Shown here: positions 7,788 through 15,957 of the stretch, piece by piece
How the letters are laid out: every line of letters starts with the position of its first letter
Position numbering within the stretch: the first letter of the stretch is position 1
Assembly: GCA_964609555.1 (NCBI GenBank)
Contig: CAZSTF010000001.1
Coordinates: 6,119-70,118 of the forward strand
Direction: 5' to 3'
From: an uncultured Alcaligenaceae bacterium
GTDB taxonomy: Bacteria > Pseudomonadota > Gammaproteobacteria > Burkholderiales > Casimicrobiaceae
Length of the DNA: 64,000 bases
Program-made: the position numbers and the translations under genes
The notes under the pieces: generated by a model
Told to the model about the DNA's origin: nothing
Seen by the model: only the letters and a program-made list of their open reading frames with translations
Databases searched by the model: none

Positions 7788-9206
7788 TCAGGCAAAGCAG
7801 TCGGCGGTGAACGTTCTGAGCCAAGCCTGCTGGTAACGTGCGCCGAGCTTGATCTGCGCCGGCGTCGCATCGAGCGGCAGGTAACGGCTCTTGCCGTTGA
7901 TGCGGCCAATCTTGCCGTCGGGGAGGATCTTGAACACGTCGGCCACGAACAGGCCATAGTCTTTGCCGGCAAGCGCGTAGCAGGTGTTCTCCCAGAGGGG
8001 TTCGGGCGCTTCGCGGCCCGCGAGCTGCTCGACGATCGCGCGGGCGACGACCTTGGCCTGGGTGTTGGCCGAGAAGCCGCTCTTGGGCATCGCGTCGGCG
8101 ACGCTGGCATCCCCGATGACGTGCACGTGCGGCACGAGCGTCGAGCTGAAGTCGCGCCGGTTGACCGGGCAGAAGCCGCTCGCGTCGGTCAGCCCGAGCA
8201 GCGAGGCCACACGCCCGGCACGCATCGGCGGGATCACGTTCACCACGTCGGCTTCGATCGTGCCGCCCTCGGTCGTCACACGCAGCGTCTTCGGATCGAA
8301 CTTGACCGGCTTGCCGCCGTCCTTCGCGCGCACCCAGCTCAGCATGCCCGGGCCCGCGTGCTGCTTGAGCTCCACCTTGCCGGCCATCTTCTTTGCGTAA
8401 TCCTCGGGCAGGTTGAAGCCGTAGAGCCGGTTCCAGCCGAGCATCATCGTCTCGTCGGTGACGAAGGCGTCCTTGGGGTCGATGATGATCACCTTCGCCC
8501 GCGGGTTGTGCTGCATGAGCCACTCCGTGACGAGCGCGGCGCGCTCGTACGGGCCCGGCGGGCAGCGGTAGGGGTTGGGCGGCGCGGCGAGCACGAAGGT
8601 GCCGCCCGGGCGCATGGCCTTCAACTGGTTGGCGAGCAATTGCGTCTGTTCGCCGGGAATCCAGCCCGAGGGCATCCGCGTGCGGGCCACGGCCTCGCTG
8701 TAGCCCGGGTATTCCTCATGGAGGAGTTCGATGCCGGGCGAGACGACGAGCCGGTCGTAGCCGATGCGCTGGCGCTTTGCGGTGGCCACCACGCGCGCCT
8801 GGGCATCGATGCCGGTGACCGTGTCGAACACGAATTCGATGCCGTAGCGCGAGCGAAGCGTGTCGTAGGACACCTCGAGATCGCGCATCGTGACGTGACC
8901 GTTCAGCACTTCCGACGAGCCGTAGGGCCGGATGTACACCGGGTTGCGCTCGATCACCGTAACGCGGAGTTTCGGGTCGAAGAGCTTGAGGTATTTCGCG
9001 GTGGTCGCACCACCGACGCCGCCGCCCACGATCACGATGTGGGCCGGGGCGGAGGCGCGGCTCGAAGACGGCAGCGCGAGCCCGGCGCCGAGCGTGGCGA
9101 GCGCGGTCAGGCCCTGCAGGCAGAGCCGACGTTGGGGGTCGAAACCGTCCGTACTGAGGGGCGAGACCTCGCGGAGGCCAACCAGGGAATTCAGCGTGTC
9201 TTTCAT
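7788..9206 (-). CDS. fccB: Flavocytochrome c sulfide dehydrogenase flavoprotein subunit (FccB/SoxF-like, atypical)
   Basis: ATG at 9206. Tat-like QRRLCLQG signal, VIVGGGVGG FAD motif, PYRCPPGPYERA, MPKSGFSAN.QAK and NTCY. Confidence 0.85.
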   Translation of the reverse strand: MKDTLNSLVGLREVSPLSTDGFDPQRRLCLQGLTALATLGAGLALPSSSRASAPAHIVIVGGGVGGATTAKYLKLFDPKLRVTVIERNPVYIRPYGSSEVLNGHVTMRDLEVSYDTLRSRYGIEFVFDTVTGIDAQARVVATAKRQRIGYDRLVVSPGIELLHEEYPGYSEAVARTRMPSGWIPGEQTQLLANQLKAMRPGGTFVLAAPPNPYRCPPGPYERAALVTEWLMQHNPRAKVIIIDPKDAFVTDETMMLGWNRLYGFNLPEDYAKKMAGKVELKQHAGPGMLSWVRAKDGGKPVKFDPKTLRVTTEGGTIEADVVNVIPPMRAGRVASLLGLTDASGFCPVNRRDFSSTLVPHVHVIGDASVADAMPKSGFSANTQAKVVARAIVEQLAGREAPEPLWENTCYALAGKDYGLFVADVFKILPDGKIGRINGKSRYLPLDATPAQIKLGARYQQAWLRTFTADCFA

Positions 9207-9697
9207 GGCCGCTCCGGGATGCTTTGGAAATAGGCGCCCATCGCGCGCAGATCGTCGTCCGTGAAGCCCTTGGCCACGTGGCCCATGAGCGTGGAGGCAC
9301 GGCGACCTTCGCGGAAATCGATCATCGTGCGCACGAACTGCTCGGCCGGCATGCCGGCGAGCGGCTTGAAGTACTCGTCTTCGAGCCGACCGTAGGTGCC
9401 ATGGCAGGCGGCGCAGCTGTGGGCCATCGTCTCGGCCGGCACGGGTTTGGGCGCGAGTGCAGGCGAGGGCTCGGCGGGGGCCGCCGGAGCCGCGGGGGCC
9501 GCTCCGGCCTTCGAGGCTGTCGCGGCCGAGGCGGCCTGTGCAGTAGTCGGTGCTGGGGATTGCGCGGTCGAGCGCGCGGTGAAGAGTGTGACGACTCCGG
9601 CGACGATCAGGCCCACCGACAGGCCCAGACCGAAGCGCACGAGGCGGCTGCGCTCGCAGGGTGCGCAGTGCGTGGGTGTGCAGCTTGTGTTCTTCAT
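9203..9697 (-). CDS. Monoheme cytochrome c subunit (FccA-like) with N-terminal membrane anchor and Ala/Pro linker
   Basis: Hydrophobic segment, AAPAAPAAPAEP linker, MAHSCAACHGTYG, LAG, F..G.R.STLMGHVAKGF. Overlaps the fccB start by 4 nt. Confidence 0.82.
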   Translation of the reverse strand: MKNTSCTPTHCAPCERSRLVRFGLGLSVGLIVAGVVTLFTARSTAQSPAPTTAQAASAATASKAGAAPAAPAAPAEPSPALAPKPVPAETMAHSCAACHGTYGRLEDEYFKPLAGMPAEQFVRTMIDFREGRRASTLMGHVAKGFTDDDLRAMGAYFQSIPERP

Positions 9698-9712
9698 GCT
9701 TCGATTCCTCCC

Positions 9713-10942
9713 TCAGCGCAGCCAGACCCAAAAGCCCACCGCGAAGTAGGCGAGCGTCCAGAGCGCGAGCAGCCCGACCGACCAGCGGCCGAGACGGGCC
9801 ACGGTGCCGCTCGGGGTATAGGGCGTCTCGCCAAGGTGCTGGCCGGCCTGCCAGGCCACGGTGAGCAGATAGGCGAGCGTCACGCCGCCGACCACGACGA
9901 AGGTGACGAAGAAGAGCACGGTCGAGTACCAGTCCATGTTCACCCGGTAGCCGAGCGGGTCGTAGCCGTGCGCGGTGGCGAGCGTCACGTAGCGGAGCGC
10001 CTCGCGCGCGACGCCGACCACGATGAGCGCGACCGCCCCGGCGCCGAAGATGCCGTAACCCCAGAACCCCTGATCGAGCCGCGGGCCGAGGGCCGTGGGC
10101 AGGAGCACGACGGCCAGGAGCGCGGCCAGCGCCACCCACATCCAGATCGAACCGGCGAACCAGCTCATCTTGGCCGGGAGTGTGGCCATCCAGACCGCGC
10201 CGATCGCCACGGCGACGACGCCGCCCACGACGAGCAGACGTGAGGCCAGCGCTCGCGTGAAATCCAGGTAGGCGCGATCGGACTCGCCCGCGCCGATCAG
10301 GTAACGGCGGTAGCCGTAGAGCCAGGCACCCGTCACCGGCGCGGCGAGCGCGATGAAGAAGGCGAACCGCGACAGGTGCCAGTCGTGGAGCGCGCGTCCG
10401 CTCGGGTCGATGCGTCCGCCGGGCGCATACCACGCCTGCCAGTGTTCCGGTGAAAGCATCTGGTAGGTGAGGCTGTGCACGATGAAGCCGACGCTCAGGA
10501 GCAGCGCAATCGAGACGAGCATCCAGCCGCGACCGCGCGCAGCGCCATGCGCCAGATCATGATTGCGCCAGTAGAAGGCATACATCGCGAGGTAGCCGCC
10601 GGTGAGCAGCACGATGAAGCCGATCACCCACCAGGCCGAGAGCACGTTCGAGGTGTACCAGAACGGGTCGTAGATCACCTGCACGAAGAGGAGCGGCGCC
10701 ACGCCGAGCACGATCGCGACCGACACGGCAATCTTCGCGGTCACGAGCATCGCGGCGGCCAGGCGCCGCCAGTGCGGATGGCTTGCAAACGCGCCCCAGG
10801 TCGTGAGCGTGGCCGCCCCGAGCATCACCTGCACGGCCGCGATGTGCAGCGCGAAGGTCAGCACGCCGAGGGCGAGGAAGATCGCCGGGTGCGAGGGCAC
10901 ACCGGCCGGATCCCGCATGAGGGTGAGCAGTTCGGGGGTCAT
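9713..10942 (-). CDS. Polytopic membrane protein, CydA-like partner subunit
   Basis: ATG at 10942. About 10 hydrophobic segments, with TFALHI (His in TM1), AIVLGVAPLLFVQVIY and REALRY echoing the CydA fold. Confidence 0.6.
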   Translation of the reverse strand: MTPELLTLMRDPAGVPSHPAIFLALGVLTFALHIAAVQVMLGAATLTTWGAFASHPHWRRLAAAMLVTAKIAVSVAIVLGVAPLLFVQVIYDPFWYTSNVLSAWWVIGFIVLLTGGYLAMYAFYWRNHDLAHGAARGRGWMLVSIALLLSVGFIVHSLTYQMLSPEHWQAWYAPGGRIDPSGRALHDWHLSRFAFFIALAAPVTGAWLYGYRRYLIGAGESDRAYLDFTRALASRLLVVGGVVAVAIGAVWMATLPAKMSWFAGSIWMWVALAALLAVVLLPTALGPRLDQGFWGYGIFGAGAVALIVVGVAREALRYVTLATAHGYDPLGYRVNMDWYSTVLFFVTFVVVGGVTLAYLLTVAWQAGQHLGETPYTPSGTVARLGRWSVGLLALWTLAYFAVGFWVWLR

Positions 10943-12354
10943 CGCGTCGTCTCCTTGAGCGTGGCGAGCGCTGGGCCAGTCGATGCAGCCGCGGTCGCCG
11001 TCTTGGCCGGGGCACCGGCAAGGGCCTCCGTGCGAATCCACGCGGCGAGCGCGCGTGCCTCGTCATCCGGCAGCGGGATCTGCGGCATGTAGAGCGTGTT
11101 GCCGCCCGCGAGCGCAGCCTGCAGGTAGGTCGCAATCTCGGCCTCGGTCGCCTTGGGTGAGAAGTAGCGCGCAAGCGGCCGCATGCCGGTGGCCGAGAGC
11201 GAATGGCAGTTCGAACAGGCGGCAAGCGCGATCGCGCGGCCAGCCTCGACGCGGTTTGTCTCATCGACGGTGCGGAGCGCCGCGGGCACGAAGGGATGGG
11301 CCTTCAGCCAACCGTGCTTCTCGAGCACCGGGATTTCGGACTTCACACCCATGCCGGGGACGTCGCGGCCGATGACCTGGTTCGAATACACATACTGGCC
11401 GGCAACCCAAGGCTTGCGCACCGATTCACGCGCCACCTCCTCGGGCCAGAGGCCGAGCACGAGGATGACCACGGTCATCGCGGCGGCGACCGAGGAGACG
11501 AGCGCTCGCGGCTGGAACCAGGTGAGCGCGAAGTACGCGAGCGCGCCGCCCACGGCAATCACGAGCGCGGTGGGGAAGTGCGAGGGCAGCCGGTTTTCGA
11601 GCACGACTTCGGCCGTCTCGGGGAGCGTGGCGAGATACCACTGGAGCAGGAGCGCGCCGACCACCGTGCCGGCGATGCCGACCACGGCCAGTTTGCGGCC
11701 GATCTCACGCTTGAGTGCCGGATCCTCGAAACGCGCCGCCACGATGCCGCCGACCACGGCCGTGATCGTGAACATGAAGGCGAGCCGCATGCCGAGGTGC
11801 GCGAATGTGTTGCCACCGTAGAACGCTGCGAGCACGCCGCCGGTTTCACTCCACTCCGGCTTGCCCGGCCACATCATGAACGAGAGGATGCCCACGATGA
11901 TGAGCATCGTGGTGAGCGAGGCCAACCCGAACACGAGGGCGATCGTCGTGTGCGTGCGCCGGTCGATGCGGCCCGCGAGGTAGACGAGCATGTAGACGCC
12001 CACGACCTCGATCACGAAGAACACCCATTCGGTCGCCCACATCCAGACAAAGGAGTGGATGAGCGCGGAGATGCCCCGCGGGCTCGCGACCGTCGTCGAA
12101 TACCAGATCCCGGGCCCGGTGATCGAGCCGAGCACGTAGCTGAAGACGAGCAGGAAGAGCCCGTAGCGCTTGATGAAAGTGAGAAGCTCCGGGCGATTGT
12201 GGCGCTCGGCGTAGTTGGCGAGCCAAGCGAAGGACACAGCTGCACCGACCGAGGTATGCGAGAACAGCACGTGGATCGTGGCGATGAGGCCGACGATCCA
12301 GCCGCTGCCCAGCCCCGGCTCGAACCAGGTGGGATAAAGACCGACGAAATCCAT
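10939..12354 (-). CDS. Cytochrome bd subunit I (CydA)-like protein fused to a C-terminal cytochrome c
   Basis: IHVLFSH, GSITGPGIW, WATEWVFFVIE, SFMMWPG and RESVRKPW (cf. GRQPW), then CSNCH with a distal Met (YMPQ). Confidence 0.75.
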   Translation of the reverse strand: MDFVGLYPTWFEPGLGSGWIVGLIATIHVLFSHTSVGAAVSFAWLANYAERHNRPELLTFIKRYGLFLLVFSYVLGSITGPGIWYSTTVASPRGISALIHSFVWMWATEWVFFVIEVVGVYMLVYLAGRIDRRTHTTIALVFGLASLTTMLIIVGILSFMMWPGKPEWSETGGVLAAFYGGNTFAHLGMRLAFMFTITAVVGGIVAARFEDPALKREIGRKLAVVGIAGTVVGALLLQWYLATLPETAEVVLENRLPSHFPTALVIAVGGALAYFALTWFQPRALVSSVAAAMTVVILVLGLWPEEVARESVRKPWVAGQYVYSNQVIGRDVPGMGVKSEIPVLEKHGWLKAHPFVPAALRTVDETNRVEAGRAIALAACSNCHSLSATGMRPLARYFSPKATEAEIATYLQAALAGGNTLYMPQIPLPDDEARALAAWIRTEALAGAPAKTATAAASTGPALATLKETTR

Positions 12355-12405
12355 AAAACTGCTCCGGACGTCGCGGATGACGTCTGTGAATCGACAGCAG
12401 GTTCT

Positions 12406-12422
12406 TTCAAGGAGCGTGCCAA
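12406..12422 (-). promoter_or_regulatory. Sigma54 (-24/-12) promoter of the cydA-like/fcc operon
   Basis: Minus strand TTGGCACG-CTCC-TTGAA vs consensus TGGCACG-N4-TTGC(A/T), about 50 nt upstream of the ATG at 12354. Confidence 0.7.
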
Positions 12423-12460
12423 GCCGATGGATTCGTCTGGTGCCCGGCGGAGGCGTTACA

Positions 12461-12473
12461 AATCAATTGTTTG
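12461..12473 (+). promoter_or_regulatory. IHF binding site
   Basis: AATCAA-TTGT-TTG matches WATCAA-N4-TTR exactly and lies between the sigma54 promoter and the upstream repeats. Confidence 0.65.
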
Positions 12474-12508
12474 CGTAATCACGCAACTAGCCGGGTTTGA
12501 AGAGTGGG

Positions 12509-12577
12509 CTGCCAAGTGGCGGGAATTCGTGGCAGTTTTGGCAGTGGCAGCGCTGCCGAATCAGCTCTCTGCCACGA
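12509..12577. promoter_or_regulatory. Candidate upstream activator sequences for a sigma54 enhancer-binding protein
   Basis: Cluster of TGGCAG/CTGCCA half-sites, including the perfect inverted pair TCGTGGCAG (12527-12535) / CTGCCACGA (12569-12577). Confidence 0.5.
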
Positions 12578-12646
12578 CCCTGACGCAGACGCGCGAACGC
12601 CTGGCGCCTGCGCGCTCAGGGCGAATTGAATGGGAAGAGGGGAGGG

Positions 12647-12722
12647 TGGTGCCGGAAATAGGAGTCGAACCTACGACCTTCGCATTACGAATGCGCTGCT
12701 CTACCAACTGAGCTATTCCGGC
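12647..12722 (-). tRNA. tRNA-Thr(CGT)
   Basis: GCCGGAATAGCTCAGTTGGTAGAGC...CGCATT-CGT-AATGCG...GGTTCGACTCCTATTTCCGGCACCA, 76 nt with encoded CCA. Confidence 0.97.
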
Positions 12723-12821
12723 GCTGCCGTGTTGAGCGCCCAATGACGCAACCGGCTGGGTGTCGCTGCTGCACGCCTTGCGGTGATTTCACGATGAAAA
12801 TCACTGCGCAGGCAGACGAGC

Positions 12822-12833
12822 CCATAATTATGG
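12822..12833. promoter_or_regulatory. Palindromic bidirectional -10 element (tRNA-Thr / rlmB)
   Basis: CCATAATTATGG gives CATAAT on both strands. The minus strand also has TTGCGC 16 nt upstream. Confidence 0.55.
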
Positions 12834-12857
12834 CATGACTCGATTCCTGCGCAATTC

Positions 12858-13628
12858 GTGAAGCTCGGCCGCCTGATGGGCTTCCACGCCGTGCTGGCCC
12901 GCATCGGCCGGCATCCGGACTCGGTCGTCGAACTCTACGTGAGCGCCGGCCGGGAGGATCAACGGATGCAGGGGCTGCTCGCGGCGGCCGAGGCCGCGGG
13001 AATCGCGCCTCGCCATGTGGACGCCTCGCGCCTCGACGCGCTTGCGCAGTCGGATGCGCATCAGGGCGTGGTGGCCCTTGTCGAGGCCGTGGCGCTTGCC
13101 GACTCGTTGTCGGCCGTCTGGGCATCGCTCGCGGGGCGGCCGACACCGCCTCTCGTGCTGCTGCTCGACCAGGTGCAGGACCCGCACAACCTCGGCGCGG
13201 CCATGCGCTCGGCCGCGGCCTTCGGCGTGGATGCCGTGGTCGTGCCGCGCCATGGCTCGGCGCCGCGTTCCGCCGCCGCGCAGAAGGCGGCGAGCGGCGC
13301 CTTCGAGACCACCCCCCTCATCGAAGTCGCCAATCTCGCCCAAGCGATCGAATGGCTCAAGGACCATGACGTCTGGGTCTACGGCACCGAGATGGAGGCT
13401 AACTCGACGCTCTTCGATCCTGCGTTCGACGCCGCGCTGACCGGCCCCGTGGCCTGGGTGCTGGGCAACGAGGGGCAGGGCCTGCGCCGCCTCACGCGCG
13501 AGCGGTGCGATCGGCTCGTGGCCATTCCGATGCAGGGGCCGATCGAATCGCTCAACGTCTCGGTGGCCGCAGCCGTGTGCCTCTACGCGACGCAGGCGGC
13601 GCGTCATCGCGCTGTCGACCGAGGTTGA
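12858..13628 (+). CDS. rlmB: 23S rRNA (guanosine-2251-2'-O)-methyltransferase
   Basis: GFHAV, HQGVVA, LDQVQDPHNLGA..RSA, LGNEGQGLRRLTRERCD and ESLNVSVAA (SpoU family). Confidence 0.92.
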   Translation: MKLGRLMGFHAVLARIGRHPDSVVELYVSAGREDQRMQGLLAAAEAAGIAPRHVDASRLDALAQSDAHQGVVALVEAVALADSLSAVWASLAGRPTPPLVLLLDQVQDPHNLGAAMRSAAAFGVDAVVVPRHGSAPRSAAAQKAASGAFETTPLIEVANLAQAIEWLKDHDVWVYGTEMEANSTLFDPAFDAALTGPVAWVLGNEGQGLRRLTRERCDRLVAIPMQGPIESLNVSVAAAVCLYATQAARHRAVDRG

Positions 13629-13773
13629 CCCCAAGAATCGACGACGGCTTGGCTCGTTAACATCGAGTCTTTGCGGATTCGTGACGACGCCACAAGCGTC
13701 CGATCGACCTCGATCCGATCGATCCGATCGAGCCGATTCCGGACCGATCCCGAACCGCCTTCGAACCGATTCG

Positions 13774-14757
13774 ATGCTCGCCTTCATTCTCCGCCGCGTG
13801 TTCCAGGCTGCCCTCGTGATGCTGGCCGTGGCGCTCGTGGCCTTCGCGCTCTTCAACTACGTCGGCGATCCGGTCAACCTGATGCTCGGTCAGGATGCCA
13901 CGCCCGAGCAGAAGGCTGAACTCCGCGAGGCGCTCGGGCTCGACCGCCCCTTCTATGTGCAGTTCGGGGCCTTCGTGGGCAACGCCCTTCAGGGCGAATT
14001 CGGCATCTCCCTTCGGCAGGCGCGGCCGGTGTCGCTGCTCATCAAGGAGCGCTTCCCGGCAACGGCAGAGCTGGCCCTGACGGCCGCACTTCTCGCCCTT
14101 GTGCTCGGCGTGGCGATGGGCGTCTACACCGCGCTTCGGCGCGGCGGCTTTCTCGCGAACGTCCTGCTCACTGTCTCGCTGATCGGCGTGAGTCTGCCGA
14201 CCTTCCTGATCGGCATCCTGCTGATCCTCGTCTTTGCGGTCACGCTGCAGTGGCTGCCTTCCTACGGGCGGGGCGAGGTCGTGCAGCTGGGCTGGTGGAG
14301 CACGGGTTTTCTCACGAAAGATGGGCTGCGTGCCCTGATCCTGCCGGCGATCACGCTGTCCTTGGGCACGATGACGCTGATCATGCGGCTCGTGCGCAGC
14401 GAAATGCTCGAGGTGCTGCGCACCGATTTCATCAAGTTCGCCCGCGCCCGCGGCTTGACCAACCGCGCGATCCACTTCGGTCATGCGCTCAAGAACACGC
14501 TCGTACCGGTGATGACCATCACCGGGTTGCAGCTGGGCGGCATCATTGCCTTCGCGATCGTCACCGAGACCGTGTTCCAGTGGCCGGGGATGGGCTTTCT
14601 GTTCATCCAGTCGGTCCAGGCGGCGGACATTCCCGTGATGGCGGCCTATCTGGTCCTGATCTCGCTTGTCTTCGTCACCATCAACCTGATCGTTGACCTG
14701 CTCTACTACGTCGTCGATCCGCGGCTTCGCATCGAGCGGACTGCATCGACCCATTGA
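13774..14757 (+). CDS. Dipeptide/oligopeptide ABC transporter permease (DppB-like)
   Basis: MLAFILRR start, GDPV, LGLDRP..VQF, EMLEVLRTDFIKFARARGL and ETVFQWPGMG. Confidence 0.9.
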   Translation: MLAFILRRVFQAALVMLAVALVAFALFNYVGDPVNLMLGQDATPEQKAELREALGLDRPFYVQFGAFVGNALQGEFGISLRQARPVSLLIKERFPATAELALTAALLALVLGVAMGVYTALRRGGFLANVLLTVSLIGVSLPTFLIGILLILVFAVTLQWLPSYGRGEVVQLGWWSTGFLTKDGLRALILPAITLSLGTMTLIMRLVRSEMLEVLRTDFIKFARARGLTNRAIHFGHALKNTLVPVMTITGLQLGGIIAFAIVTETVFQWPGMGFLFIQSVQAADIPVMAAYLVLISLVFVTINLIVDLLYYVVDPRLRIERTASTH

Positions 14758-14772
14758 CCGACGGAGCCCTCC

Positions 14773-15957
14773 ATGTACAACCCGTCCCGCATTACCGAGG
14801 CCATCGCCGAATACCACGCCGAGCTCACCGCGATCCGGCGTGACATCCATGCTCATCCCGAGCACGCTTACAAGGAGACGCGCACCGCTGCCTTGGTCGT
14901 CGAACGGCTTCGGGCGTATGGCGTGGACGAGGTCCACACCGGCATCGGCGGCACGGGCGTCGTGGGCGTCATTCGCGGTTCACGGCCGGGCGAGCGCGCC
15001 ATCGGGCTTCGGGCCGACATGGACTGCCTTGCCATGAACGAGGAGACCGGGCTGCCGTGGGCGTCCACGCGGGGCGGCTTCATGCACGCCTGCGGGCACG
15101 ATGGCCATACGACGATGCTGCTCGGCGCGGTGCGTTACCTCGCGAAGACGCGCAACTTCGCGGGTTCGGCCTACGCCGTCTTCCAGCCGGCCGAGGAAGG
15201 GCAGGCCGGGGCGAAGGCGATGATGGATGATGGGCTCTTCACGCGCTTTCCGATGCAGGCGATCTATGGGCTGCACAACGCGCCCTGGGTGCCGCGCGGG
15301 TCGATCGCGGTGCGCAACGGCGCCATGATGGCGGCCGCCGACCGGCTCGAAATCCTGATCGAAGGCCGCGGCGGACACGGCGGGATGCCGCAGTTCGTGG
15401 CCGATCCGGTGCTGGCCGCGGGGCATGTGATCACCGCGATCCAGTCGATCGCGTCGAGAAACGTCGATCCCTGCGATTCGGTCGTGGTGTCGATCTGCGC
15501 AATGGAGGCCGGAAAGATGGACACCTACAACGTGATCCCGCGCACGGTAAAGCTGATCGGCACCGTGCGCACCTACCGCAAGGAAGTGCAGGCGCTCGTG
15601 GAGGAGAAGCTCGCGCTCGTGGTCGGCAACACGGCTGCGGCGTTCGGCTGCACGGGTCGGGTGGAATTCATCCGCGGCTACCCGGCCACGGTGAACCATC
15701 CGCGCGAGGCGGCGCTCGCGGCCGAGGTCGGCCGCGCGCTCTTCGGCGAGGAGAGCGTCATCACCGAGATCAACCCGAACACGGGGGGCGAGGACTTCGC
15801 GTTCTTCCTCGAGGCCATTCCCGGAGCCTACATCTGGGTCGGCCAGAAGTCCGACACGAGCGTGGGCCTGCATCACCCGTGCTACGACTTCGATGACCGC
15901 ATCATCCCGACCGGCGCCGGGTTGCTCGCCGCCATCACCGAGAAGGAGCTTGCGTGA
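14773..15957 (+). CDS. M20 family amidohydrolase (hippurate hydrolase-like), paralog 1
   Basis: RRDIHAHPE, LRADMDCL, MHACGHDGHTTML, FQPAEE, GGEDF and LHHP.YDFDD. Confidence 0.9.
   Translation: MYNPSRITEAIAEYHAELTAIRRDIHAHPEHAYKETRTAALVVERLRAYGVDEVHTGIGGTGVVGVIRGSRPGERAIGLRADMDCLAMNEETGLPWASTRGGFMHACGHDGHTTMLLGAVRYLAKTRNFAGSAYAVFQPAEEGQAGAKAMMDDGLFTRFPMQAIYGLHNAPWVPRGSIAVRNGAMMAAADRLEILIEGRGGHGGMPQFVADPVLAAGHVITAIQSIASRNVDPCDSVVVSICAMEAGKMDTYNVIPRTVKLIGTVRTYRKEVQALVEEKLALVVGNTAAAFGCTGRVEFIRGYPATVNHPREAALAAEVGRALFGEESVITEINPNTGGEDFAFFLEAIPGAYIWVGQKSDTSVGLHHPCYDFDDRIIPTGAGLLAAITEKELA

Noticed and set aside
9207-10433. 881-aa ORF suggesting a giant FccB fusion
   Set aside because: The upstream part is an off-frame read-through of the neighbouring genes. 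FccB has its own ATG and Tat-like signal at 9206.
7013-12722. Possible tRNA-Thr-anchored genomic island containing the cydA-like/fcc operon
   Set aside because: No integrase, no duplicated tRNA 3' end found, and codon usage looks host-like.
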